Source of the DNA: Hyphomicrobiales bacterium
Lineage (GTDB): Bacteria > Pseudomonadota > Alphaproteobacteria > Rhizobiales > Beijerinckiaceae
Direction: 5' to 3'
DNA length: 38,618 nucleotides
NCBI GenBank assembly: GCA_025363375.1
Contig: JANYDZ010000159.1
Span: forward strand, 1-38,618
Part shown: piece after piece, positions 7,458 through 15,483 of the stretch
Layout of the letters: each line of letters opens with the position of its first letter
How positions within the stretch are numbered: position 1 is the first letter of the stretch
Position numbers and translations under genes: made by a program
The notes under the pieces: generated by a model
Seen by the model: the letters and a program-made list of their open reading frames with translations, nothing else
Databases searched by the model: none
Told to the model about the DNA's origin: nothing

Positions 7458-9032
7458 TCAACGCGCGGATGAGCCTTCTCCGGCGAACCACCTGTCCCAG
7501 AATGCAAGCTTGTCCAGGTCAGGCATCACGCCGACTTTCGTCGAGTCGCCGAAAATCATCACGTCTTGCGATGTTGCGCCAAAGCGCGGCCACAGCGGCA
7601 GGCCGTCGCCGTTGGGATCGCCTGTCGCGGCGAAATTCACCCAGTAACCCGACATGGTCCGCGCAAGCGCGCGATCGACTTCCCGCCACGGCCAGTGGCG
7701 CACGGAGAGGTGGTCGTAGACATAAGGAATTTCAGCCGTGTGAAAAGCGCCGAGCTTGTCGGCGGCGTTGTCGCAATATGCCGCGTCCGCGGGAAACGGC
7801 GGCAGGCGGTTGAAGTGATAGCCATATGCCGGCGCCTTCCCGGCGCTTGCGAGCAGACGCAGCGTCGTCCAGTTCTGCCAGTTGAATGTTCGGTGTCCGC
7901 CGATGAGGCGGGCCACATCGGCGAATTCCCGCGCGTCGCGCAGACCGTAAATCGCCATCAGCGCTTCAGCGTCCGCGCCGTAGACAGCGCGGCAGCGCGC
8001 CTCGTACTCGGCGCGGGTTTCATTGATCGGCGTTGTCGATCCTTCATGCGAATTCGCCCCCGAAATCAGAGGCACATCGTTGTGGCGCCCGGACATGAAG
8101 ATTTCCCTGACACTCACGGGAATGGAATATCCGTCAACGATCACCCAGCCGGAATTGCGCAAGCGTTGATTGGCGGCCGTCGTCATCCAGGGGTCGGTTG
8201 TCGACGAGGGCAGCTGAATTTGATCGGCGGGCTTCGCGCGCATCTCCTCGAGGGAATGCGCGCCGAGCGATGTCAAAAATTCGACGCCGCGTTTGTGCGC
8301 GTCATCCAGGGTTTGCATGGATCCGCCGCCTGGATCACCGAGCGGGCCAACCGAGCCGCCGCTCTGGCAGATGGCGCGATGGAACAGGCCTTTCGCCAGC
8401 GGCGAGGCGAGCAGACAGCTGACGCTGCTCGATCCCACGGACTGACCGAAAATTGTGACGCTTCCGGGATCGCCGCCAAAACCGGCGATGTTGGCCCGCA
8501 CCCAGCGCAAAGCCTCGATCTGATCGAGAAATCCATAATTGCCGGAGACTCCGTGCGCGGATTCACGCGCGAGCTCTGGATGAGCGAGATAGCCAAGCGG
8601 ACCGAGCCGGTAATTGATGGTGACCAGAACAACGCCCTTGCGCGCAAGGCCTTCGCCATCGAAGAGCGGCAAAGAACCCGAGCCATATGAAAAGCCGCCG
8701 CCGTGCAGCCAAAGCATCACAGGGCGCATTTCGTCCCCGCTATTCGCTCCGGTCCATATGTTGAGATAAAGGCAATCCTCGTCGTGCGGCTCCGCGCCAA
8801 AGTCGGAGATCGATCGATTCGGGCGCCGGGGTTGCACACATACACGCGCAAAACTCTTCGCCGGACGCACGCCGTCCCAGTCCTTCGGCTTTTGCGGCGG
8901 GCGCCAGCGCAGGAGGCCAACGGGCGGCGAGGCATAAGGCACGCCGCGAAACACATGCACGGCGCCGTCGCCGCTGGCGACGCCTTCAAGTCCGCCCGAT
9001 TCAACCCGTACGAAATTATTGCGCAGGGACAT
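7458..9032 (-). CDS. Type-B carboxylesterase/lipase (para-nitrobenzyl esterase-like)
   Basis: FRGVPYASPPVGLLRW, EDCLYLNIW, HGGGF oxyanion motif, nucleophile FGQSVG, acid GANSHEG, His in AFHTAEIPY. Start trimmed to MSLRNNF (9032) because the longer ORF overlaps the divergent gene and promoter. Confidence 0.93.
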   Translation of the reverse strand: MSLRNNFVRVESGGLEGVASGDGAVHVFRGVPYASPPVGLLRWRPPQKPKDWDGVRPAKSFARVCVQPRRPNRSISDFGAEPHDEDCLYLNIWTGANSGDEMRPVMLWLHGGGFSYGSGSLPLFDGEGLARKGVVLVTINYRLGPLGYLAHPELARESAHGVSGNYGFLDQIEALRWVRANIAGFGGDPGSVTIFGQSVGSSSVSCLLASPLAKGLFHRAICQSGGSVGPLGDPGGGSMQTLDDAHKRGVEFLTSLGAHSLEEMRAKPADQIQLPSSTTDPWMTTAANQRLRNSGWVIVDGYSIPVSVREIFMSGRHNDVPLISGANSHEGSTTPINETRAEYEARCRAVYGADAEALMAIYGLRDAREFADVARLIGGHRTFNWQNWTTLRLLASAGKAPAYGYHFNRLPPFPADAAYCDNAADKLGAFHTAEIPYVYDHLSVRHWPWREVDRALARTMSGYWVNFAATGDPNGDGLPLWPRFGATSQDVMIFGDSTKVGVMPDLDKLAFWDRWFAGEGSSAR

Positions 9033-9133
9033 GATCGAATCCTTTACCGCCCGTCGTCGCCATCCCGATTTTGTCTTTGCAAATTCCGCCTCCAAACATG
9101 ACGGGAAGCCGCGGGCCTTGCAAGGTCGGGCGA

Positions 9134-9162
9134 TTGACAGGACGCGGCGCGAATAGCAACTT
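9134..9162 (+). promoter_or_regulatory. Putative sigma70 promoter for the FAH remnant / CoA-transferase unit
   Basis: Perfect TTGACA, 17-bp spacer, then CAACTT. Strong GGGAGGA SD before the ATG at 9213. Confidence 0.5.
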
Positions 9163-9212
9163 GCGATCACAATGAGACCCGCCGCCGCACATATCAAATT
9201 CCGGGAGGACAC

Positions 9213-9569
9213 ATGAAGCTCGTCGCCTTTCGCGTCGCCACTCCCATTGGCTACGCCAACCGGCTGGGCGCGCTTCTCGATGGGCATCAAGACGGTCGCG
9301 TTGTCGATCTCTCCACGGCCTATGGGGAATATCTGACGCATGAAACCGATGAACCAACCCCACTCGGCCTGGCCAATCTTCGCACGCCGACCGACGTGAT
9401 CGGCTGGCTGCAAGAGGGAAAGAAATCGCGCGAAGCGGCGGAACAAGCGCTTGCGCACGCGCGGCTGCCGGCGCCGATTCCGCGCCCGCCGTCGCTGCGG
9501 GATTATTCAATTTATCAAAGGCACATGACGAATACGGGAAGGCGCGAACCGCATGACGCCCGCCAATGA
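9213..9569 (+). pseudogene. Truncated fumarylacetoacetate-hydrolase (FAH) family gene, N-terminal portion only
   Basis: MKLVAF...RLGAL...VVDL...P.DVIGWL.EG...RLPAPIPRPPSLRDYSIYQRHM resembles FAH N-termini up to the first catalytic-domain strand. The ORF then ends overlapping the next gene, with no DYExE-type core. Confidence 0.7.
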
Positions 9570-10704
9570 CAAGAACGCCGCGCACCAGCCGCTTAAAGGC
9601 CTGACGGTCGTCGAGCTTGGACACAGCGTCGCCGCGCCTTTCGCGGGGAAGATTCTCGCCGATCTCGGCGCGCGCGTGATCAAAATCGAAAAGCCGGGCG
9701 CGGGCGACGATACGCGCCAATGGGGGCCGCCCTTCTGGCACGGAGATTCCGTGACTTTCGGCGTTTACAACGCCAACAAACTGTCGGCGGCAATCGACAT
9801 CAAGGATGACGCGCAATGCGCGGCGCTGCGCGACTTTATCGTCGGCAAGGCCGACATCGTCATCCAGAACATGCGCTCGGGCCTCGTTGAAAAGTATGGA
9901 CTGGGCGCCGGCCTGCGCGCGCAAAATCCACGCCTGGTCTATTGCAACATGGGCGCGTTTGGCGCGAAGGGTCCGCTGCTCGACAAGCCCGGCTACGATC
10001 CGATGATGCAGGCCTTTGGCGGCATTATGAGCATCACCGGCGAGGAGGGCCGTCCACCTGTGCGGGCCGGCGTGTCCGTGGTCGACATGGCGACGGGCAT
10101 GTGGGCGGTGATCGGCATTCTTGCCGCGATCAACCGTCGTCATGAAACCGGCGAGGGCGCGGTTGTTGACACTTCACTGTATGAAACAACCTTGTGTTGG
10201 GTGGGTTCAGCGGCGTCGAACTATCTCGCAAGTCAAGAAGTGCCGGGCCGACGCGGCACGGAAATGCCGTTTCTCGTGCCCTATAAAATTTTCGAGGCGG
10301 CGGATGGATACCTTTTAGTCGCCGCCGGCAACGACAACCTGTTTGCGCGCCTGGCGAGCGCGCTGGGGCGCCCTGAATGGCGCGAGGACGCCCGCTTCAA
10401 GACCAATCCCGCCCGCGTCGCCCATCGCGATCTCGTCAACAACATGGTGCAGGAAGCGATCGGCGCGAAGCCGCGCGCGCGCTGGCTGGAGCTCTTCGAA
10501 CGCGGACGCGTGCCTTGCGCGTGCTTGCAGACCATCGACGAAGTTCTCGCGCATCCGCAGACGCAGGCTCTCGAAATGCTGCAGACAACACCGGACGGGA
10601 AGAAGGCCTTCATGGGAACGCCGATCGCCTTCAATGGCGTGCGCCCGACAATGGAACGCGGCCCACCGGAACTTGGCGCGGATACATACGTCATCAACAC
10701 ATAG
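9553..10704 (+). CDS. Family III (CaiB/BaiF) CoA-transferase
   Basis: PLKGLTVVEL, AAPFAGKILADLGARVIKIE, GDDTR, NANKLS, KPGYDPMMQA and the catalytic Asp in SVVDMATG. Confidence 0.95.
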   Translation: MTPANDKNAAHQPLKGLTVVELGHSVAAPFAGKILADLGARVIKIEKPGAGDDTRQWGPPFWHGDSVTFGVYNANKLSAAIDIKDDAQCAALRDFIVGKADIVIQNMRSGLVEKYGLGAGLRAQNPRLVYCNMGAFGAKGPLLDKPGYDPMMQAFGGIMSITGEEGRPPVRAGVSVVDMATGMWAVIGILAAINRRHETGEGAVVDTSLYETTLCWVGSAASNYLASQEVPGRRGTEMPFLVPYKIFEAADGYLLVAAGNDNLFARLASALGRPEWREDARFKTNPARVAHRDLVNNMVQEAIGAKPRARWLELFERGRVPCACLQTIDEVLAHPQTQALEMLQTTPDGKKAFMGTPIAFNGVRPTMERGPPELGADTYVINT

Positions 10705-10716
10705 GATTTGGCGCGT

Positions 10717-11493
10717 TCACTCCGCCTCGACGGAGCCGAAACGGTGCAATGAAGCGCCGTGGGCCTTGAGCCAGGCTTCGGCACGGTCTGTTTCAGGCGC
10801 CAGCTTCTTCGTCAACGCCCAGAATTTCGGCGAATGATTCAGATGAACCAGATGCGCGACCTCATGCGCCGCCAGATAATCCAGCACGTAAGACGGGGCG
10901 AGAATCAGGCGCCAGGAAAAACTCAGCGCGCCCGACGCCGAGCAGGAGCCCCAACGGCTGACCGTGTCGCGCACGGTGACACGGCGCGCCTCGGCGCCAA
11001 TTGCCGCGGTATGGCGGCGCACGGCGTTCTCAAGATCGCGACGCGCCTCGCGGCGCAGATAATCCGCAACGCGGCGGCTGAGATGCGGCGTATCGCACGC
11101 CACGCACAGGGCGTTCTCCGCCTCGAGACTCACCGCGCAACCGGTTTCAATCCAGACATTGCCGCGCAGATCGGGCCGGTGGTGGATCACATGGTTGACG
11201 CCGCGCAGGGGAACGACGGCGCCGGATTCGAACGGCACCGGAAGCGGCAGCCTGTTCAACCGCGCGCCAATCCAAGCCGCGTGGCGTTCAACAAACTCCC
11301 GCGCGGATATCAACGAGCTGCGCACCGGCATCGTCAACACCACGTCGCGCGTCGCCGAGCGGACGCGCAACGTAAAGCGCCGCGCGCCGGCGACGCGCTT
11401 CAACGCGACCTTGTAGGACCCGCCCGCATGGGCGATGTCCAACTGGATGACGTCGCGCTTGCGCGGCGCGTCGATGCGGAAGAGTCGAAGCAT
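10717..11493 (-). CDS. YgjP-like (DUF45) M48/SprT-type Zn-dependent hydrolase
   Basis: VRDTVSRWGSCS, SWRLILAP..VLDYLAAHEVAHL..NHSPKFW (HEXXH). Confidence 0.92.
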   Translation of the reverse strand: MLRLFRIDAPRKRDVIQLDIAHAGGSYKVALKRVAGARRFTLRVRSATRDVVLTMPVRSSLISAREFVERHAAWIGARLNRLPLPVPFESGAVVPLRGVNHVIHHRPDLRGNVWIETGCAVSLEAENALCVACDTPHLSRRVADYLRREARRDLENAVRRHTAAIGAEARRVTVRDTVSRWGSCSASGALSFSWRLILAPSYVLDYLAAHEVAHLVHLNHSPKFWALTKKLAPETDRAEAWLKAHGASLHRFGSVEAE

Positions 11494-11562
11494 GAGGCCA
11501 GCATAGTCGATTTTCGCCCGGAGCCACCAGTGCGAATCGTCACTTTAAACACATTGCCCAGA

Positions 11563-12870
11563 TCAATTTTTTTTGGCGGCTTTAGCCTTGTCCTTGCCGC
11601 CTTTGTCGACCCTTGCGCGCGACGAAGCATCGACGCCGGCGATGAATTCACGAATACGCGGCGCGATTTCATTGCGAAACCGCGAACCGTTGAAGACGCC
11701 GTAGTGCCCGACGCCCATCTGCAAATGATGCTGTTTGCGGTCCGAGGGGATATTGACGCACAGGTCATGCGCGGCCTGCGTTTGTCCCACTCCGGAAATG
11801 TCGTCTTTCTCGCCCTCGACCGTCATGAGGCCCGCGCGGCGGATGTCGGCAAGGTCAACGAGCGTGTCGCGATGACGCATTTCGCCTTTCGGCAACGCGT
11901 GTTTCACGAAGACTGTTTCAATCGTTTGCAGATAATAGGCGGCGTCAAGATCCATCACCGCCATATATTCGTCATAGAATTCGCGGTGTTTTTCCGCGGA
12001 ATCGCCGTCGCCGTCGACGAGGTGATTGAACATCTCGACATGGGCGTTCACGTGCTTGTCGTAGTTCATCGCCATGAAGCCCGACAATTGCAGGAAGCCG
12101 GGATAAACCTCGCGTCCAACGCCTGGATAGGGAAACGGCACTTGAACAATGCAGTTGCGGCGAAACCAGCCCGGACCCCGACGCTCGGCCAATTGATTGA
12201 CCGCCGTGGGGCTGCGGCGCGTGTCAATCGGGCCGCCCATCAAGGTCATCGACGCCGGCGCCGCGGGATCGCCGTCCCGCTCCATCACCGCGACCGCCGC
12301 GATCAGCGGCACTGACGGCTGGCACACGCCGAGCGTGTGCAACGGCTCGCCGTCGGCGCTCAGCAAGCGCGCCATCTCGATGAGATAATCAATGTAGTCG
12401 TCAAGATCGAAACCGCCGAAAGTGACGGGCACCATGCGCGCGTCCGTCCAGTCGGTGATGTAGACTTCACAATAAGGCAGAAAAGCCTCGACCGTGCCGC
12501 GCAACAAAGTCGCGTAGTGACCCGAGATGGGAGCCACAATCAACAGCCGGGGTTGCCTTGGCGCTGTCGCGGGCAGATCGCGAACGAAACGCACAAGGTT
12601 GCAAAACGGCTTGCGCCATACAATTTCCTCGACGACCGCGACTTCCTTGCCGTCGATCCATGTCGAATCAAGGTCGAAGATCGGTTTGCCGTAACGCCGG
12701 GTCAACCGCTCGAAAAGTTCAGCCGCCGCCGCGAGGTTTCGGCCCATGACAGTGTGGGTTAAGGGATTTAGCGGATTATGGAACATCAAACGCGTGGCGT
12801 CGGACATGGCGCGCGCGGGCGCGACCGCGAGATGCGCGAATTCGTACATGTGATACGAGAAAAAATTCAT
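11563..12870 (-). CDS. phaZ: Intracellular polyhydroxyalkanoate (PHB) depolymerase
   Basis: LIVAPISGHYATLLRGTV, VYITDW, catalytic Cys in GVCQP, MGGPID, YPGFLQL, VEGEKDDI and GHYGVFNGSRF. Confidence 0.96.
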   Translation of the reverse strand: MNFFSYHMYEFAHLAVAPARAMSDATRLMFHNPLNPLTHTVMGRNLAAAAELFERLTRRYGKPIFDLDSTWIDGKEVAVVEEIVWRKPFCNLVRFVRDLPATAPRQPRLLIVAPISGHYATLLRGTVEAFLPYCEVYITDWTDARMVPVTFGGFDLDDYIDYLIEMARLLSADGEPLHTLGVCQPSVPLIAAVAVMERDGDPAAPASMTLMGGPIDTRRSPTAVNQLAERRGPGWFRRNCIVQVPFPYPGVGREVYPGFLQLSGFMAMNYDKHVNAHVEMFNHLVDGDGDSAEKHREFYDEYMAVMDLDAAYYLQTIETVFVKHALPKGEMRHRDTLVDLADIRRAGLMTVEGEKDDISGVGQTQAAHDLCVNIPSDRKQHHLQMGVGHYGVFNGSRFRNEIAPRIREFIAGVDASSRARVDKGGKDKAKAAKKN

Positions 12871-12944
12871 CGACCGTCACTGATTTTATTGAAATGGGAG
12901 CCACGAAAATCTTTACAATCGTGAACTTGGGGCTCTGACCCTTC

Positions 12945-12956
12945 CGCACTGCACCA
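12945..12956. promoter_or_regulatory. Putative PhaR operator upstream of phaZ
   Basis: CGCACTGCACCA matches the Bradyrhizobium PhaR consensus as I recall it (TGCRNYGCASMA) at 11 of 12 positions, 75 bp upstream of phaZ. Confidence 0.55.
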
Positions 12957-13061
12957 TATTCGACGCGTTCGCGCAACCCGACAATTGGTCTTGCGCTATG
13001 CGGGGGCGCCATCGTCGGGATGGTGGAGTTATGGTAGGCGGAAGCAATATAGTCGGTCGAC

Positions 13062-14417
13062 ATGACCCAGCTTTCCGATTTCGATCTCGGACGCCGCGCG
13101 CGCCGCTTGCGGGTGGATACGCTCGTGCGCCTTCGCTGGCTCGCCGTTGCGGGGCAGTCGATCGCGGTGATCGTGACGTTTTTCGTTCTCGAATTTCCGT
13201 TGCCGGTCGGCTGGTGTTTTCTGCTGATCGCCATTTCCGCCTGGCTCAACATCGGCCTGAGATTGCGATATCCGGTGAGCCACCGGCTTGACGACGACGC
13301 GGCTTTCGCCCTTCTCGCTTTCGATATTCTTCAACTTGCCGGTCTGCTTTACCTTTCTGGCGGGTTGTCCAATCCATTCAGCGTGCTGGTTCTGGCGCCA
13401 ATCATTATATCCGCGGTTTCGCTGCCCTGGCGAAAGACGCTGTGGCTTGTGTTGCTGATGATCGCCTCGGCTTCGTGCCTGGTGTTCTGGCACCTGGCGC
13501 TGCCCTGGTTTCCCGGGCAGACGCTCGATCTGCCATTCCTCTATCTCGTCGCGATCTGGATCAGCATCGCGCTCGGCGCCTGTTTCGTCGCGTTTTACGC
13601 CTCGCGCGTCGCCGGCGAAGCTCGGCAATTGTCCGACGCGCTGGCGGCGACCGAGTTGGTGCTGGCCCGCGAGCAGCATCTCACTCAACTTGACGGCCTG
13701 GCCGCGGCGGCCGCGCATGAACTGGGCACGCCCCTCGCCACCATCGCCCTCGTCGTCAAGGAAATGGCAAATCTTGTGCCGCAAGAGGGTTTGGTCGCCG
13801 ACGATCTCAGTCTGCTCGCCCAGGAAGTGAAGAGATGTCGCACCATCCTGTCCAAGATCGCCTCCCTCGACAAGGAAGGCGTCGGCATGCTGGACAATAT
13901 GACGCTTGGCCATTTGATCGAGGAGGTGGTGGAGCCGCATCGGCATTTTGGCGTTGACGTCAAAATCGCGGCCTTGGGCCAGTTGCCGGAACCCATATGT
14001 CGACGCAATCCGGGGGTGCTTTACGGGTTGGGCAACCTTGTCGAAAACGCCGTCGACTTCGCGCAGTCAGTGGTTCATATCCGGTATGAATGGAGCGCGG
14101 AAACAGTGGCGGTCACCATCGAGGACGATGGTCCGGGTTTTGGCGCGGACGTGCTCAACCGCATCGGCGAACCCTACGTTACGTCCCGCAGCGGCTCGCA
14201 CGGCGCCAAATCCGAAGAAGGCTCCGGTCTTGGACTGGGCATGTTCATCGCCAAGACATTGCTGGAACGCTCCGGCGGCTCAGTCAACGCGGGCAATCGA
14301 CCGGAGGCGGGCGCCGGCGCAAGACTTGTGGTTATATGGCCGCGCGGCGCCTTCCAGCGCAGGGCGCAGCCGGCCGAGGACGCAACACCGCCAATCCGGC
14401 AGGAAACGACAAACTGA
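13062..14417 (+). CDS. regB: RegB/PrrB/ActS redox-sensing histidine kinase
   Basis: TLVRLRWLAV, quinone-binding GGLSNPF, H-box AAAAHELGTPL, conserved Cys in KRCRTIL, NLVENAVDFA, DDGPGF and GLGLGMFIA. Confidence 0.96.
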   Translation: MTQLSDFDLGRRARRLRVDTLVRLRWLAVAGQSIAVIVTFFVLEFPLPVGWCFLLIAISAWLNIGLRLRYPVSHRLDDDAAFALLAFDILQLAGLLYLSGGLSNPFSVLVLAPIIISAVSLPWRKTLWLVLLMIASASCLVFWHLALPWFPGQTLDLPFLYLVAIWISIALGACFVAFYASRVAGEARQLSDALAATELVLAREQHLTQLDGLAAAAAHELGTPLATIALVVKEMANLVPQEGLVADDLSLLAQEVKRCRTILSKIASLDKEGVGMLDNMTLGHLIEEVVEPHRHFGVDVKIAALGQLPEPICRRNPGVLYGLGNLVENAVDFAQSVVHIRYEWSAETVAVTIEDDGPGFGADVLNRIGEPYVTSRSGSHGAKSEEGSGLGLGMFIAKTLLERSGGSVNAGNRPEAGAGARLVVIWPRGAFQRRAQPAEDATPPIRQETTN

Positions 14418-14433
14418 TGAAAGGCCCGGGGAT

Positions 14434-15006
14434 ATGACGAATCCAGTGGGGGTGGTCGCGAATGGCGAAGCGCCAACGTCCCAAAATAAGCAACTGCTGA
14501 TCGTCGATGACGACAAGCCGTTCCTGCAACGGCTCGCCCGCGCCATGGAATCTCGCGGCTTCGTCGTGCGCACCGCGGAATCGGTGGCGGAAGGTCTGGC
14601 CGCGATCGCGGAAAGCGCGCCGACTTTCGCCATCATCGATTTGCGGCTCAACGATGGCAACGGGCTCGACGTCATCAGCGAGCTGAAGGCGCAACGCCCG
14701 GACGCGCGCGGCATCATCCTCACGGGATACGGCAATATCGCAACCGCCGTCACCGCCGTGAAACTTGGCGCCTTCGACTATCTCGCCAAGCCCGCCGACG
14801 CCGACGAGATTTACGGCGCGCTCATGGCGACGAAGACGGATTCGCCGGAACCGCCGGAAAATCCAATGTCGGCGGATCGCGTGCGCTGGGAGCATATCCA
14901 GCGCATTTACGAATTGTGCGACCGCAACGTCTCCGAGACGGCGAGACGCCTGAGCATGCACCGACGCACCTTGCAGCGAATACTCGCGAAACGCGCGCCG
15001 CGCTGA
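14434..15006 (+). CDS. regA: RegA/PrrA/ActR response regulator
   Basis: LLIVDDDKPF receiver domain, LTGYGNIATAV, and the conserved Fis-type HTH RVRWEHIQRIYELCDRNVSETARRLSMHRRTLQRILAKR. Start set at ATG 14434. Confidence 0.96.
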   Translation: MTNPVGVVANGEAPTSQNKQLLIVDDDKPFLQRLARAMESRGFVVRTAESVAEGLAAIAESAPTFAIIDLRLNDGNGLDVISELKAQRPDARGIILTGYGNIATAVTAVKLGAFDYLAKPADADEIYGALMATKTDSPEPPENPMSADRVRWEHIQRIYELCDRNVSETARRLSMHRRTLQRILAKRAPR

Positions 15007-15483
15007 TCAGTCCGGGCGGAAGGCGCCGTCGGGATCGCTCAACCCGTGCAATCGATCCGCCGCCGTCTGCGCGAAACGCAGCAACAAAGCGCGCCGCGTT
15101 GACGGCGCGAGGCGATGCTGGGGCGCCGCGCGGTGAATTTCCGCGCCATAGGCGTCCGCCAGGATAAGCCCCGCTTCCTGCGGGATAATGTCCGCGGGAA
15201 AGTCATGCGGGACGGCGAAAAAGAACCTGTCGCAATAGTCGCGATACCCGGGCCATTTTTGATCCGCCCGGAAATCCGCGAGCGAGGATTTGATTTCGAC
15301 AATGTGAACCTCGGCGTTGCCGGCAAGAGCGATAATGTCGGCGCGGCGTCCGCTGGCGAGCGTCAATTCCGTCAGGGTTGAATAACCGAGCGCGCGCAGC
15401 AAGCGGCGGGCGCCGCGCGCGACGGCCAGCGCGGTTTCCGATTGGCGCCCGTCAACGGGCAATTGTACCAGGGGTTCGCGCAT
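15007..15483 (-). CDS. mmcB: MmcB family DNA repair endonuclease (PD-(D/E)xK)
   Basis: GRRADIIAL..IVEIKSSLADFRADQKW..YRDYCDRFFFAVP. Typical position convergent with regA. Confidence 0.92.
   Translation of the reverse strand: MREPLVQLPVDGRQSETALAVARGARRLLRALGYSTLTELTLASGRRADIIALAGNAEVHIVEIKSSLADFRADQKWPGYRDYCDRFFFAVPHDFPADIIPQEAGLILADAYGAEIHRAAPQHRLAPSTRRALLLRFAQTAADRLHGLSDPDGAFRPD

Noticed and set aside
9033-9458. 142-aa N-terminal extension of the esterase ORF
   Set aside because: It overlaps the divergent promoter and FAH remnant; family similarity starts at MSLRNNF.
13948-14433. Long N-terminal extension of regA
   Set aside because: It overlaps regB in another frame; the receiver domain begins after ATG 14434.
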